From NCBI GenBank assembly GCA_964347835.1, contig CAYFZR010000018.1, positions 4,778-68,777 of the forward strand: a DNA stretch of 64,000 nucleotides, written 5' to 3'. This DNA is from an uncultured archaeon. GTDB taxonomy: Archaea; CAYFZR01. This document shows positions 37,124 to 47,211 of this stretch, piece by piece; position 1 is the first letter of the stretch, and the number at the start of each line of letters is the position of its first letter. The position numbers and the translations under genes were made by a program. The notes beneath the pieces were generated by a model. The model did not search any database. It was not told where the DNA came from and saw only the letters and a program-made list of their open reading frames with translations.

Positions 37124-38014
37124 TCATATTTTTAGCTTCATTAGATCGTAAGCCAGCATCGTGCTCGAGAAAACCTCTTTTGCCTCTTCTAATAACTCTT
37201 TTCCATCGTATCTGGGACTAATATGGGTCAATATCAATTTTTTTGCCTTTGCCTCCAAAGCAACATCTCCAGAATCTTTAGCAGTTGAATGAAAAGTTTC
37301 TAAAGCCCTATCTTTTAATGTATGACTGAACGTAGAGTCATGTATGAGAAGATCACAATCGCTGGCAAGTTTTATTACACTTTCGCAAGGTCTTGTATCT
37401 GAGGAGTAAACGATGCACTTCCCTTTTCGATTTGGACCTACAACGTCCTCTAAGGATATCTCTTTTCCGTTTAGAGTTATTTTCTCTCCTCTTTCGAGTC
37501 TCGAAAACTCAGGACCTGGTTTTATGCCAAGTTTATTTGCTTTTTCGAGGTTGAATTTGCCTCTTTTGCTGTATTCTTCTATTTTGCACGCTACAGTAGG
37601 TACTGAATGATCAGTACGAGCAAAATTGATTTTTAATTTTTCTAGTTTTATTTCTTCGTTCGATACTCCATTGATATTGATAGGGAAACCTTGAGTGTAG
37701 TAACCTATACCCAAATAATCTTTCAATTCTTTAGCAGAATCCTTTGGAGTATAAATGTAGATAGGATCTTCTCTACCCAAAAAAGACATGGTTTGAACAA
37801 GACCGCTTAGTCCTAAGAAATGATCTCCGTGTAAATGGGAGATAACAATATTTTTTATCCGCATATAGCTTAGTTTAGAAAGCAAAAATTGTCTCTGTAT
37901 ACCTTCTCCACAATCTAATAGTAAAATCTCTCCATCTATCTTTATCGCAATCCCCGGCAGGTTCCTTTTTGTGGTAGGAATACTTCCTGAAGTACCAAGG
38001 AAAGTTATCTCCAT
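37124..38014 (-). CDS. rnz: ribonuclease Z
   Basis: Contains 'ITFLGTSGSIPT', 'LLDCGEG', 'HLHGDH' and 'THISPRY'. Confidence 0.9.
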   Translation of the reverse strand: MEITFLGTSGSIPTTKRNLPGIAIKIDGEILLLDCGEGIQRQFLLSKLSYMRIKNIVISHLHGDHFLGLSGLVQTMSFLGREDPIYIYTPKDSAKELKDYLGIGYYTQGFPININGVSNEEIKLEKLKINFARTDHSVPTVACKIEEYSKRGKFNLEKANKLGIKPGPEFSRLERGEKITLNGKEISLEDVVGPNRKGKCIVYSSDTRPCESVIKLASDCDLLIHDSTFSHTLKDRALETFHSTAKDSGDVALEAKAKKLILTHISPRYDGKELLEEAKEVFSSTMLAYDLMKLKI

Positions 38015-38015
38015 A

Positions 38016-39020
38016 TCAAAGCCTCAATACAGTTATTCTTCTTGTTAAACTTTTATGAACCCTCTCTAAATAATACTCTACCTCAGTAAGATTTGTTTTG
38101 TTTATTATATCTTCTATATCCATCCTCTCGTGGGGTAGAGATACTGTTATGTATGATCCTTTATCTAATATCCTTTCCATCTCAAGCAAAGATTCTAGAT
38201 AGAGATCCTCAAGGGTCAAACCCATAGTACTTGCTGATATTCCATAAGGAGGATCTGTGGCTATTGCTTTTATATTCTCAAGTGGTATATCTCTTGCGTC
38301 TCCTACCATTACTATATAAATGTCCATTCCGTAGAAATCAAGGTTTTTCTTAACGCCGCTTACTACCCTCTCGTCCAAATCTAATCCGTATAGACTACAA
38401 CCAATCAACCCGGCCTCTATTAATATACCTCCTGCACCACAGAAAGGATCCAGAAAACTTTCTTTAGATCTTGCCCTAGACAAGTTAACAAGACATCTCG
38501 CTGTTCTTGGCAAAATAGTCCCAGGACGGAAATATGGCCTAATTTGGGGTCTTCTTTTCTCGTATTGAGCCCTATCTATATTTTTTATCATTCTGCAAAA
38601 AAATGCCCTATTAGAACTTAAAATTAATATAAAAGAGTTATCAGGATTTCCTAAGTCTACATAGTTTTCTTTGGAAATTATCTTGCTTGCTATCTCTTTT
38701 TCTAACTCTAGACCTTTAAAACTCAGTCCGCTTTCCTTTATCCTTTTTATCCTAACGGAAAAAGAGCCCTCGCAAGAAACTTCGCTGGCTTTTTTTAAGA
38801 TTTCTCTCTTTTCTTGATTGCATATAAATTCTAACTCACCATAAAAGTGAGCATATGCTAATCTACTTGATATATCTGGGCAATCTAAAGCCTCGAATGT
38901 AAATACCTGATCTGCGGTCTCAATCTCAGAATATTTTACAGTAAGGGCTTCCAAAGTTGCTTTGAGCTCTGCTTGGGGTAGTTGAGGATGTTCACCCGAG
39001 AGCAAGACTAAATATTTCAT
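38016..39020 (-). CDS. THUMP-domain tRNA (guanine-N2)-methyltransferase (Trm-G10/Trm11-like)
   Basis: N-terminal THUMP-like region, SAM motif 'DPFCGAGGILIEA' and the 'TDPPYG' catalytic motif. Confidence 0.8.
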   Translation of the reverse strand: MKYLVLLSGEHPQLPQAELKATLEALTVKYSEIETADQVFTFEALDCPDISSRLAYAHFYGELEFICNQEKREILKKASEVSCEGSFSVRIKRIKESGLSFKGLELEKEIASKIISKENYVDLGNPDNSFILILSSNRAFFCRMIKNIDRAQYEKRRPQIRPYFRPGTILPRTARCLVNLSRARSKESFLDPFCGAGGILIEAGLIGCSLYGLDLDERVVSGVKKNLDFYGMDIYIVMVGDARDIPLENIKAIATDPPYGISASTMGLTLEDLYLESLLEMERILDKGSYITVSLPHERMDIEDIINKTNLTEVEYYLERVHKSLTRRITVLRL

Positions 39021-39091
39021 GGAATCACTTAAAATTATCTTTTTATTAACTTTGGTGATAACTGCAAAATTTGTTATATAAGAGATCTTCT

Positions 39092-39967
39092 TTATTTTAA
39101 TTCCTTTGCGATTAACGGAGCAAGGGATACTTTGCTTACTTCTCTTTCTATGGAATTTGTTGCTATTATATCGGAAATATTAGATGCCAAAATTTTTGAA
39201 ACAGCATCCTTACTCAGGACAGGGTGTATGCAAGAGGCTATGATTCTTATTGCCCCCTCCGAGAATAAAATATCGGCTGCCCTTATTATCGTTCCTCCAC
39301 TATCGATAATATCGTCTACTAGAATTATATTCTTCTCCTTTACATTTAGATCTTTTTTCTTCATTTTGATCTTCCCTGGACCTTCCCTAATCTTTTCCAG
39401 GTAGTCAAAATCAATATCCAATCTTCTCGCAAGATCTATTGCCTTATTCAATGCTCCTTTATCTGGAGCAAATACCATAAGATCTTTCATATTCAAATCT
39501 TTTATGTATGATGCTAAAAGAGGAATCGCAGTTATTTCATTAACTGGAATATCAAAAAAATCAATGATGTGAGGTTTATGAATGTCAAATAGATATAGAA
39601 TGTCGATGTCATATTGGCTTATCATATTCGCGATTGCCTTAACACTTATGGCCTCTCCTTCTTCAAATCTCTTATCTTGCCTCGAAAATCCGAGATATGG
39701 TATAAAAACTCTCATAGAGTTAGGATCATAATCAAATAGAAGATCCAACAAGAAAATAAGTTCCATTGTATTATCAACTTGGGGATAAGGGGTAGATTGT
39801 ATTACTATTACGTCTTCTCCCTTTACATTCCTATCTATCTTGATATGCAGTTCTCCGTCTTGGAAGTACTTCTTTTTAACAGGGATAATGTCGCAAGACA
39901 AAAGATTGGATACTTCAGCACTCAAACTTTGAGACGTGCTTCCTCCCACCACAATAATCTCAAACAC
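39092..39967 (-). CDS. prs: ribose-phosphate pyrophosphokinase
   Basis: Has the PRPP-binding loop 'VDDIIDSGGT' and 'YLGFSRQDKRF'. Confidence 0.9.
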   Translation of the reverse strand: MFEIIVVGGSTSQSLSAEVSNLLSCDIIPVKKKYFQDGELHIKIDRNVKGEDVIVIQSTPYPQVDNTMELIFLLDLLFDYDPNSMRVFIPYLGFSRQDKRFEEGEAISVKAIANMISQYDIDILYLFDIHKPHIIDFFDIPVNEITAIPLLASYIKDLNMKDLMVFAPDKGALNKAIDLARRLDIDFDYLEKIREGPGKIKMKKKDLNVKEKNIILVDDIIDSGGTIIRAADILFSEGAIRIIASCIHPVLSKDAVSKILASNISDIIATNSIEREVSKVSLAPLIAKELK

Positions 39968-40104
39968 CCGAAGATTAACTGTCCTAAGATCTTAAATAAA
40001 TTTTCGGATAATTTGATATGAGGGATTTTATTAAAAACCTGAGTATTTGTTAAAAAAATTTCACCTATAACCAATAAATTTTTAAAAAAGTTTACAATTA
40101 TCGT

Positions 40105-41106
40105 TTGCTTCAAAGATGTTTCAGGTTGAAAGGAGTTGTTTTTGTGGAAAACGCGAACGATTTCGAAAAACAGATAGAGAAGATCAGTAACAACGGACTG
40201 CGAGCAATTAAAATCGAGACAATGCAGGTTAACTTAGGATTTCGCTGCAACCAGCAGTGCGTACACTGCCACGTTGAGGCATCGCCTCATCGAAAAGAGA
40301 TGATGGAATGGTCTACCATGGATTTGATCCTTGAGATGCTCGAGAGTGTGCGGTGCCGGTTGGTCGATCTGACCGGCGGATCGCCGGAACTCAATCCCCA
40401 TTTTAGGCGTTTTGTAGAGGCACTGCGTGAGGGGGGGCACCGAGTGCAGGTTCGAACCAACCTTACTGTGCTTCTAGAACCCGGTATGGAGACGGTGCTT
40501 GAGTTCTTCAGGGAAAATGAAGTGCAACTTGTGGCCTCCCTACCGTGTTACCTGGAAAAAAACGTTTGCGCCCAGCGGGGCACGGGGGTCTACGAGAAAA
40601 GCATCAAGGTTATCAAACGGTTAAACGCCTTGGGCTACGGTTCCGATTCCAATCTACTCCTTAAACTTGTGTACAACCCGAAAGGTCCGTTTCTTCCCCC
40701 CAAACAGTCTGATCTTGAGGCCGACTACCGCCGCGAGCTTGGTGAAAGATTCGGCATCACTTTCAACCATCTTCGTACCATAACGAACATGCCAATTGGA
40801 CGTTTCTTGAAGGATTTGCGCCGGCAAAATCAAGAGCAAAACTACATGCGGCTTCTCAAAGAATCTTTTAATCCTCAAACAGTGGGTAGGTTGATGTGTC
40901 AGCATCAGATCAGTGTCGGCTGGGATGGTACGCTTTACGATTGTGATTTCAATCTAGCACTCGGGTATGCCGTGAACTATGGCGCTCCGGATCACATCCA
41001 GCGTTTTGATCTTTCCATTCTTACAAGGCGAAAGATCGTTACCGAAGACCATTGCTTCGGGTGTACTGCTGGACATGGTTCTTCATGCGGTGGTGCACTT
41101 TTATAA
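40105..41106 (+). CDS. arsS: radical SAM/Cys-rich domain protein, ArsS-like (arsenosugar biosynthesis radical SAM family)
   Basis: Radical SAM triad in 'GFRCNQQCVHCH' and a C-terminal Cys-rich 'YDCDFN...HCFGCTAGHGSSCGG'. The exact start is uncertain; a GTG at about 40144 is possible. Confidence 0.65.
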   Translation: MLQRCFRLKGVVFVENANDFEKQIEKISNNGLRAIKIETMQVNLGFRCNQQCVHCHVEASPHRKEMMEWSTMDLILEMLESVRCRLVDLTGGSPELNPHFRRFVEALREGGHRVQVRTNLTVLLEPGMETVLEFFRENEVQLVASLPCYLEKNVCAQRGTGVYEKSIKVIKRLNALGYGSDSNLLLKLVYNPKGPFLPPKQSDLEADYRRELGERFGITFNHLRTITNMPIGRFLKDLRRQNQEQNYMRLLKESFNPQTVGRLMCQHQISVGWDGTLYDCDFNLALGYAVNYGAPDHIQRFDLSILTRRKIVTEDHCFGCTAGHGSSCGGALL

Positions 41107-41234
41107 TTTGCTCGATCCAAATTCGAGAAAATACATTTAAAAGTAAAGAATCAAATGCTTTTATGGAAATCGTTTAGAATTTATTAAAATCATATCTCCA
41201 AAAATATATATACTGTTCAAGTTTAGATCCCATC

Positions 41235-42572
41235 ATGAAACTGGTGGTAATTGGAGCGGGTGGAGCAGGTCTTCCTGCTGCTTCTACGGCGAGAGAACTG
41301 AGTAAAGATGTAGATATAAAGGTAATAACAAACAGGAATTATATTGCCTACTCTCCATGCAGTATTCCTTTCATATTGGAAGGAGAGATAGAAAGTTTTG
41401 AAGCAGTGATCATGCACGATTCTGTTTTTTATAAAAAAGAAAAAAACGTAGATATTTTGAAAAATAAAAATGTATTAGACATAGATAGAGAAAATAAATT
41501 ATTAAAAACAAGTGACAACGAAAAAATACCTTATGACAAGCTTATAATTGCAACGGGGGCAAAAAATAATATACCTGATGTACCGGGAACAGGATTAAAA
41601 GGAGTGTTCGCGGTAAACACCGATTTAGAGATTTCCATGGATTTAAAGAATTATATGCAGGGCAAAAAGAAGGCAGTAGTGGTAGGAGCAGGAGCCATAG
41701 GATTAGAACTGGCTCACGCCTTTGGTGAAAGAGGTTTCGAGACTTCTCTCGTAGAAATGATGCCTCAGGTATTGCCGAACGTCTTGGACAGGGATATGGC
41801 TGAAATGGTTGAGAATGAAATAACCAAAAAAATTAATCTATACCTCTCCTCAACCTTAGAGGAAATAAAGGGTGAAAATAAGGTAGAGTCTGTGAAGATA
41901 AATGGTAAAAATATTAATGCTGATGTAGTTGTCCTCGCAACAGGGATGAAACCGAATGTTGATCTTGCAGAAAAATGTGGCATAGATATCGGCGATTTAA
42001 ACGGTATCGTCGTAGACGAATACATGCGAACGAATGATGAAGATATATTCGCAGCAGGGGATTGCTGTGAAACAAAATTCTTCTTGACAAATTCTCCCAT
42101 ATTAAGCCTATTCGGAACCACGGCGATAAGACAGGGTAGAGTTGCAGGGACAAATGTTCTTAACCTATCGAAAAAATTTCCAGGAGTTTTGAACTCCATG
42201 ATAACACTGTTTGGAGATCTAAAAATTGGAGCAACAGGACTTTCTGAGTCTTTAGCGGAGAAAAAAGGATTTGAACCTTTAACTGCTAAGATATCTTCCT
42301 TTTCTAAAGCTAGATTTATGCATGGTAAATCAATACACGCGAAACTGGTATTTGACAAAAGAAATGAAAGGTTAATTGGCGGACAAATAATTGGATATGA
42401 AGGCGTTTCACACATTATAGATAGAATTACTATGGGAATATGGAAAGGCGTTATCTTAGAAGATTTAGAAACAATAGAAACTTGCTACGCTCCTCCTGTA
42501 GCATGTGTGGAAGACATCTTGACCAAGGCGATAAGGACTGTTAAAGGGAGAAGAACGATCAGTTGCATGTAG
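41235..42572 (+). CDS. FAD-dependent pyridine nucleotide-disulfide oxidoreductase (CoA-disulfide reductase/NADH oxidase family)
   Basis: Contains 'VVIGAGGAG', the single redox Cys in 'YSPCSIP', and a second Rossmann motif 'VVGAGAIGLE'. Confidence 0.8.
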   Translation: MKLVVIGAGGAGLPAASTARELSKDVDIKVITNRNYIAYSPCSIPFILEGEIESFEAVIMHDSVFYKKEKNVDILKNKNVLDIDRENKLLKTSDNEKIPYDKLIIATGAKNNIPDVPGTGLKGVFAVNTDLEISMDLKNYMQGKKKAVVVGAGAIGLELAHAFGERGFETSLVEMMPQVLPNVLDRDMAEMVENEITKKINLYLSSTLEEIKGENKVESVKINGKNINADVVVLATGMKPNVDLAEKCGIDIGDLNGIVVDEYMRTNDEDIFAAGDCCETKFFLTNSPILSLFGTTAIRQGRVAGTNVLNLSKKFPGVLNSMITLFGDLKIGATGLSESLAEKKGFEPLTAKISSFSKARFMHGKSIHAKLVFDKRNERLIGGQIIGYEGVSHIIDRITMGIWKGVILEDLETIETCYAPPVACVEDILTKAIRTVKGRRTISCM

Positions 42573-42650
42573 TGTCTGCACAAAGCATAAAAATATTGTG
42601 ACCATATATAGTGATATCGAATACTGCAATTGTTTCTTGGGTGATGTGTA

Positions 42651-44525
42651 GTGGAAGGAACTTACATCAACGATACCACAGAAGAAATAGAGGTGCCAAA
42701 AAGGCTAATAGATCAAGTAATAGGACAAGATGGGGCAGTAGAAATCGTTAAAAAGGCAGCCCAGCAGAGAAGACATGTAATTCTGATAGGAGAGCCTGGA
42801 ACCGGCAAGTCTTTGTTAGCACAGGCGATGAGTGAACTCCTTCCAAGGGAAGAACTCCAAGATATAGTTATTTTTCCAAACTTTGAGGACAAAAATACAC
42901 CAAAAGTCCGTGTTTTCCCAGCAGGAAAAGGAAAAGAGATAGTTGATGAATTTAAGAGGCAAGCAAGAGCCAACGAAGAAAGAAGAAAGATGTGGGCACT
43001 GCTCCTCATTTTTGGCATAGTTGGCATAGGAATAGCCATGAGGCAATTCTTGGTGGGAATAATAGCAGCGGCACTGGTATTTTTACTCCTCCAAAATATA
43101 AGGCACAGAGATGATGTAATAGTACCTAAGTTACTGGTTTATAATCAAGCCGATGGCAAGCCTCCTTTTGTCGATGCAACAGGAGCACACGCTGGTGCGT
43201 TATTTGGAGATGTGAGACACGACCCCTTCCAGTCAGGAGGATTAGAAACTCCTGCTCATGAGAGAGTAGAGGGTGGGGCGATTCATAAGGCAAATAAAGG
43301 AGTATTGTTCGTAGACGAGATCGCAACGTTAGAGCCTAAGAGTCAGATAGATCTCCTAACGTCCATGCAAGAAAAGAAGATGTCGATAACAGGACAGAGT
43401 GAAAGAAGTTCCGGCGCTATGGTAAAGACAGAACCTGTTCCATCTGATATTATACTGGTAGCAGCAGGGAACTTAGAGGTTATCAGAAGAATGCATCCCG
43501 CCTTACGCTCTAGAATAAGGGGATCCGGTTATGAGGTATACATAAACGATACTATTCCTGACACCCCTGAAAACAGAAATAAACTGATAAGGTTCATAGC
43601 TCAAGAGGTTGTTAAGGATGGAAAAATACCTCACTTCGATAAAGAGGCTACAGAAGAAATAATGAGAGAGGCAAGAAGAAGATCGGGCAGAAGAGGACAT
43701 CTAACTCTCAAACTCAGGGAGTTGGGAGGACTTGTTCGAGTAGCCGGAGATATAGCAAGAGCTGAAAGGAGTGATTTCGTTAAAGGTAGGCATGTGATCG
43801 CCGCGAAGGAGATGGCGAGGAGTTTGGAACAACAAGTAGCAGACAGAGTTATAGAGAGAAAGAAAGAGTATAGAGTATTTAAGACCGAAGGAGAAGAAAT
43901 TGGAAGTGTAAATGGCCTAGCAGTAATAGGATCGGACAGTGGAATAATATTGCCTATCGCCGCTGAAGTTGTACCAGCGCAAAGTAGAGACGAAGGAAAG
44001 GTAATAGCAACGGGTAAACTTGGCAGAATAGCCAAAGAAGCAGTACAAAACGTAAGTGCACTGATAAAGAAATATACTGGACGAGATATAAGTAATTTTG
44101 ACATTCACGTGCAATTTGTTTTGACCCATGAAGGTGTAGAGGGTGATAGTGCATCCATATCTGTTGCTACAGCGGTTATATCAGCGTTGGAGAATATTCC
44201 GGTCGATCAATCAACCGGAATGACAGGGTCATTGAGCGTAAGAGGTGACGTTTTGCCGGTAGGAGGGATATCGGCTAAAATAGAGGCTGCTGCAGATGCA
44301 GGTCTAAAAAAGGTACTCATACCAAAAGCCAATGAGAGAGATGTAGTCCTTGAAGATAAATATAGGGAAATGGTAGAGGTAATAGCCGTCGATAACATAA
44401 GAGACGTCCTTAGGCATGCTTTAATCCAAACCGCAAAGAAAAATGAATTGTTAACTAAAATAAAAGATTTGGCCGAAATTATTCCTGAGGGTATTTCCAA
44501 GGTTTCTGGTGCTAGACCAGCATAG
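42651..44525 (+). CDS. lonB: archaeal membrane-bound Lon protease (LonB)
   Basis: Has Walker A 'GEPGTGKS' and two TM helices inserted in the AAA+ domain ('WALLLIFGIVGIGIAM', 'GIIAAALVFLLL'). The protease domain has 'EGDSASIS' and 'GGISAKIEAA'. Confidence 0.9.
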   Translation: MEGTYINDTTEEIEVPKRLIDQVIGQDGAVEIVKKAAQQRRHVILIGEPGTGKSLLAQAMSELLPREELQDIVIFPNFEDKNTPKVRVFPAGKGKEIVDEFKRQARANEERRKMWALLLIFGIVGIGIAMRQFLVGIIAAALVFLLLQNIRHRDDVIVPKLLVYNQADGKPPFVDATGAHAGALFGDVRHDPFQSGGLETPAHERVEGGAIHKANKGVLFVDEIATLEPKSQIDLLTSMQEKKMSITGQSERSSGAMVKTEPVPSDIILVAAGNLEVIRRMHPALRSRIRGSGYEVYINDTIPDTPENRNKLIRFIAQEVVKDGKIPHFDKEATEEIMREARRRSGRRGHLTLKLRELGGLVRVAGDIARAERSDFVKGRHVIAAKEMARSLEQQVADRVIERKKEYRVFKTEGEEIGSVNGLAVIGSDSGIILPIAAEVVPAQSRDEGKVIATGKLGRIAKEAVQNVSALIKKYTGRDISNFDIHVQFVLTHEGVEGDSASISVATAVISALENIPVDQSTGMTGSLSVRGDVLPVGGISAKIEAAADAGLKKVLIPKANERDVVLEDKYREMVEVIAVDNIRDVLRHALIQTAKKNELLTKIKDLAEIIPEGISKVSGARPA

Positions 44526-44536
44526 GAGGCGTCTCA

Positions 44537-45904
44537 TTGGACGACCTTCTTACTTCTTTGATAGATACTGTCCAAAATAGGGTAGAATACGTAGATATCA
44601 GATATGGAAAAACAACCTTTTCGAACATAACCATAAAAGATGAAGAAGAAAAGATAACCCATGGACTCGAGTCAGGTGTGGGTATTCGCGCTTTCCACAA
44701 GGGAAATTGGGGTTTTTCTTCCACGAATGATACGTCAAGATTAAAAGAAATTGTGGAAAATGCGATAAGACTTGCTCTGCATAGAAGAGAACAAAGAGAA
44801 ACTCATCTAGCTGAGGCAGAATTACATACAAAAACAATATCCATGAAACCCAAGATAGACCCTAGGGATATAGATATCTCTGAGAAGATACAGTGCCTCT
44901 TAAAGGTAATTGATGCTTCAAAAGAATTTCCGGAAATTGTCAACTCAAATGCAAGTTACACAGATGGATATACTCAAAAAATTTTCGTAAACTCAGAAAA
45001 TTCTTTTATTAAAACGTCAAACTTTAGTGTCTCGCTATTCACATCTACAATAGCGAGAGATGAAGACAAACTACAGGTTGGAACTGAAAGAATTGGACAT
45101 TTGGGAGGATTTGAACTATTGAAAGATGAAAACTTGGAAGAAATTGGTAAAAAGGCGGCAAAAAAAGCGATAAACATGTTACACAGCGATTATGTCCCTG
45201 GAGGAAGATATCCCATCGTAATGGGTGAGAAGTTAACCGGCGTATTTATACATGAGGCTTTAGGGCACGCATGTGAGGCAGATTTGGTTTTGCAAGGAGA
45301 CTCGGTTTTGGAAGGTATGATCGGCGAAAAAATAGCCGATGAGAATGTAACGATATACGATGATCCAACATTAGAAAACAAATTTGGATCCTTTTACTAT
45401 GATAGCGAGGGCGTCAGGGCTAGGAAAACTTATGTTGTAAAGGACGGAATACTGAGAGAATTTTTACACTCCCGAGAAACCGCATTTTTGATGGGCAAAG
45501 AGTCCAACGGCAAGGCAAGATCCCAAGGCTACTCGTACCCTCCTCTGGTAAGAATGAGCAATGTTTGCTTAGATCCAAGAGATTGGAAATTCGATGAGAT
45601 AATCGCGGATACAAAATTCGGTATATACGTAGATGGTTCCAGGGGAGGACAGGTTGATACAGGAACGGGAATTTTCCAATTTAATGCCGAAGAAGCATAT
45701 TTAATTGAGAAAGGAGAGATTAAACAACCTTTAAGAGATGTTTCTTTTTCTGGAAACATACTTGATACTTTGAAGAGTGTAGATGCCATAGGAGACACCG
45801 TGGAATTTTCAATTGGGGTTTGTGGAAAGGCAGGACAGGGCGTTCCGGTAGGTGACGGAGGGCCAAAAACCAGGGTAAGTTCGGTCTTGATAGGTGGAAG
45901 GTGA
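44537..45904 (+). CDS. tldD: TldD-family metalloprotease
   Basis: 455 aa with the HExxxH motif in 'FIHEALGHACE'. The TTG start is preceded by AGGAGG. Confidence 0.85.
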   Translation: MDDLLTSLIDTVQNRVEYVDIRYGKTTFSNITIKDEEEKITHGLESGVGIRAFHKGNWGFSSTNDTSRLKEIVENAIRLALHRREQRETHLAEAELHTKTISMKPKIDPRDIDISEKIQCLLKVIDASKEFPEIVNSNASYTDGYTQKIFVNSENSFIKTSNFSVSLFTSTIARDEDKLQVGTERIGHLGGFELLKDENLEEIGKKAAKKAINMLHSDYVPGGRYPIVMGEKLTGVFIHEALGHACEADLVLQGDSVLEGMIGEKIADENVTIYDDPTLENKFGSFYYDSEGVRARKTYVVKDGILREFLHSRETAFLMGKESNGKARSQGYSYPPLVRMSNVCLDPRDWKFDEIIADTKFGIYVDGSRGGQVDTGTGIFQFNAEEAYLIEKGEIKQPLRDVSFSGNILDTLKSVDAIGDTVEFSIGVCGKAGQGVPVGDGGPKTRVSSVLIGGR

Positions 45905-47211
45905 TGTTTGACCTAGCGGAAAAGGCAGTTGATTTTACAACCAAAGAAGGATCGTCCTATGCGGAGGCATACATATCTAGATCGGAAAAAATCGAGGTGC
46001 GAATTGAGAAAGACGATATAACCTTATGTAAAGAGAAAATTTCGATGGGCATTGGCATCAGAGCCATAACCAAAAATAAAGTTGGATTCGCTTTTACTAC
46101 TGATTTGGAAAGAATCGAGGATACTTGCAAGATTGCCTACAAATCTTCAACGAAAACAAGACCTGATCCAGATTTTAAAAAATTACCAAGTCCAGAGCCA
46201 CCTTCCAGTATAAAGGACGTTTATGATAAAAGATTAAAAGATTTGGAAGTTGAAGAATGTATAGATTTTTCACAAGAGATGTTAGAAGGCTGTAAATTTG
46301 ATCCAAATATTCTGTTAACCCATGGGGCAACTACCTTTGTCTCAGGTGAGTCTGTTATCGTGAATTCTGAGGGGATTAATTGTGGGGAGAAGAGCACCTT
46401 TACAGCGGCAAGCATAACTTGCTCTTACAGAAAAGAGCCCATAACAGGCTATGAATACAAAGCGAGCCGATTTCTAGACATCGATTATGAAGATATCGGA
46501 AATCGTTGTGGAAAACTTGTTTTAAATTCTTTAAAACCAAGAAAAATAGAAAGCGGAGAGTACGATGTGGTTCTCAGTCCTTTTGCCATGGAAGATATAT
46601 TATCATTTACTTTGATACCGAGTTTGAGTTCAGAAGCTGTTTATAGAAAAAGATCAAAATTGAGCGGAAAGATCAATGAGGATGTCGCCATAGGAGAATT
46701 GGATATTTTAGACGACGGAACATTACCTAAAGGTCTTAATACAAGTTCAATCGACTCTGAAGGTTTGCCTACTAAATCTACGGAGATAATCAAAAAAGGA
46801 GTTTTGAAGTCTTATCTTTACGATAGTTACAATGCCTACAGAGACGGTGTATTGAGCACCGGGAATTCTGTTCGGGACTCATTTAGATCCATGCCCGGCG
46901 TTGGACCCACCAACTTCTTGATTAAAGAAGGAAAGTCTGATCCAATTGAAGAATTAGGCGAAGGATTGTTCGTAAAAGGTACTATTGGCGCGCACACATC
47001 AAATCCAATTACGTGCGATTTCTCATTAGAAACCAAGAATGCATTTTATATAAAAGATGGGTCAATAGAATACCCGGTAAAACAAGCTATGTTGGTCGGG
47101 AATACGTTAGATTTATTAAAAAATATTGTCTCCGTAGGCAACGATTCTGAGCAAGTTGGTTCAGTATTTTCTCCAAGTATATTGGTAGAGAAAATGAGGG
47201 TAGTTGCATGA
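45901..47211 (+). CDS. pmbA: PmbA/TldE-family protein (TldD partner)
   Basis: 436 aa homologous in layout to TldD but lacking HExxxH. Its start overlaps the tldD stop. Confidence 0.8.
   Translation: MMFDLAEKAVDFTTKEGSSYAEAYISRSEKIEVRIEKDDITLCKEKISMGIGIRAITKNKVGFAFTTDLERIEDTCKIAYKSSTKTRPDPDFKKLPSPEPPSSIKDVYDKRLKDLEVEECIDFSQEMLEGCKFDPNILLTHGATTFVSGESVIVNSEGINCGEKSTFTAASITCSYRKEPITGYEYKASRFLDIDYEDIGNRCGKLVLNSLKPRKIESGEYDVVLSPFAMEDILSFTLIPSLSSEAVYRKRSKLSGKINEDVAIGELDILDDGTLPKGLNTSSIDSEGLPTKSTEIIKKGVLKSYLYDSYNAYRDGVLSTGNSVRDSFRSMPGVGPTNFLIKEGKSDPIEELGEGLFVKGTIGAHTSNPITCDFSLETKNAFYIKDGSIEYPVKQAMLVGNTLDLLKNIVSVGNDSEQVGSVFSPSILVEKMRVVA

Noticed and set aside
40105-41106. Mobile genetic element around the GC-rich arsS-like gene
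   Set aside because: I could identify no integrase or transposase, no flanking direct or inverted repeats and no tRNA target. It is reported only as a compositional island.
41765-42415. 216-aa minus-strand ORF opposite the CoA-disulfide reductase-like gene
   Set aside because: The plus-strand product has clear Rossmann and redox-Cys motifs, while the antisense translation has no recognisable features. The same reasoning applies to 43631-44104, 42713-43039 and 44207-44500 opposite lonB, and to 18317-18901 opposite the DUF169 and ALDH genes.
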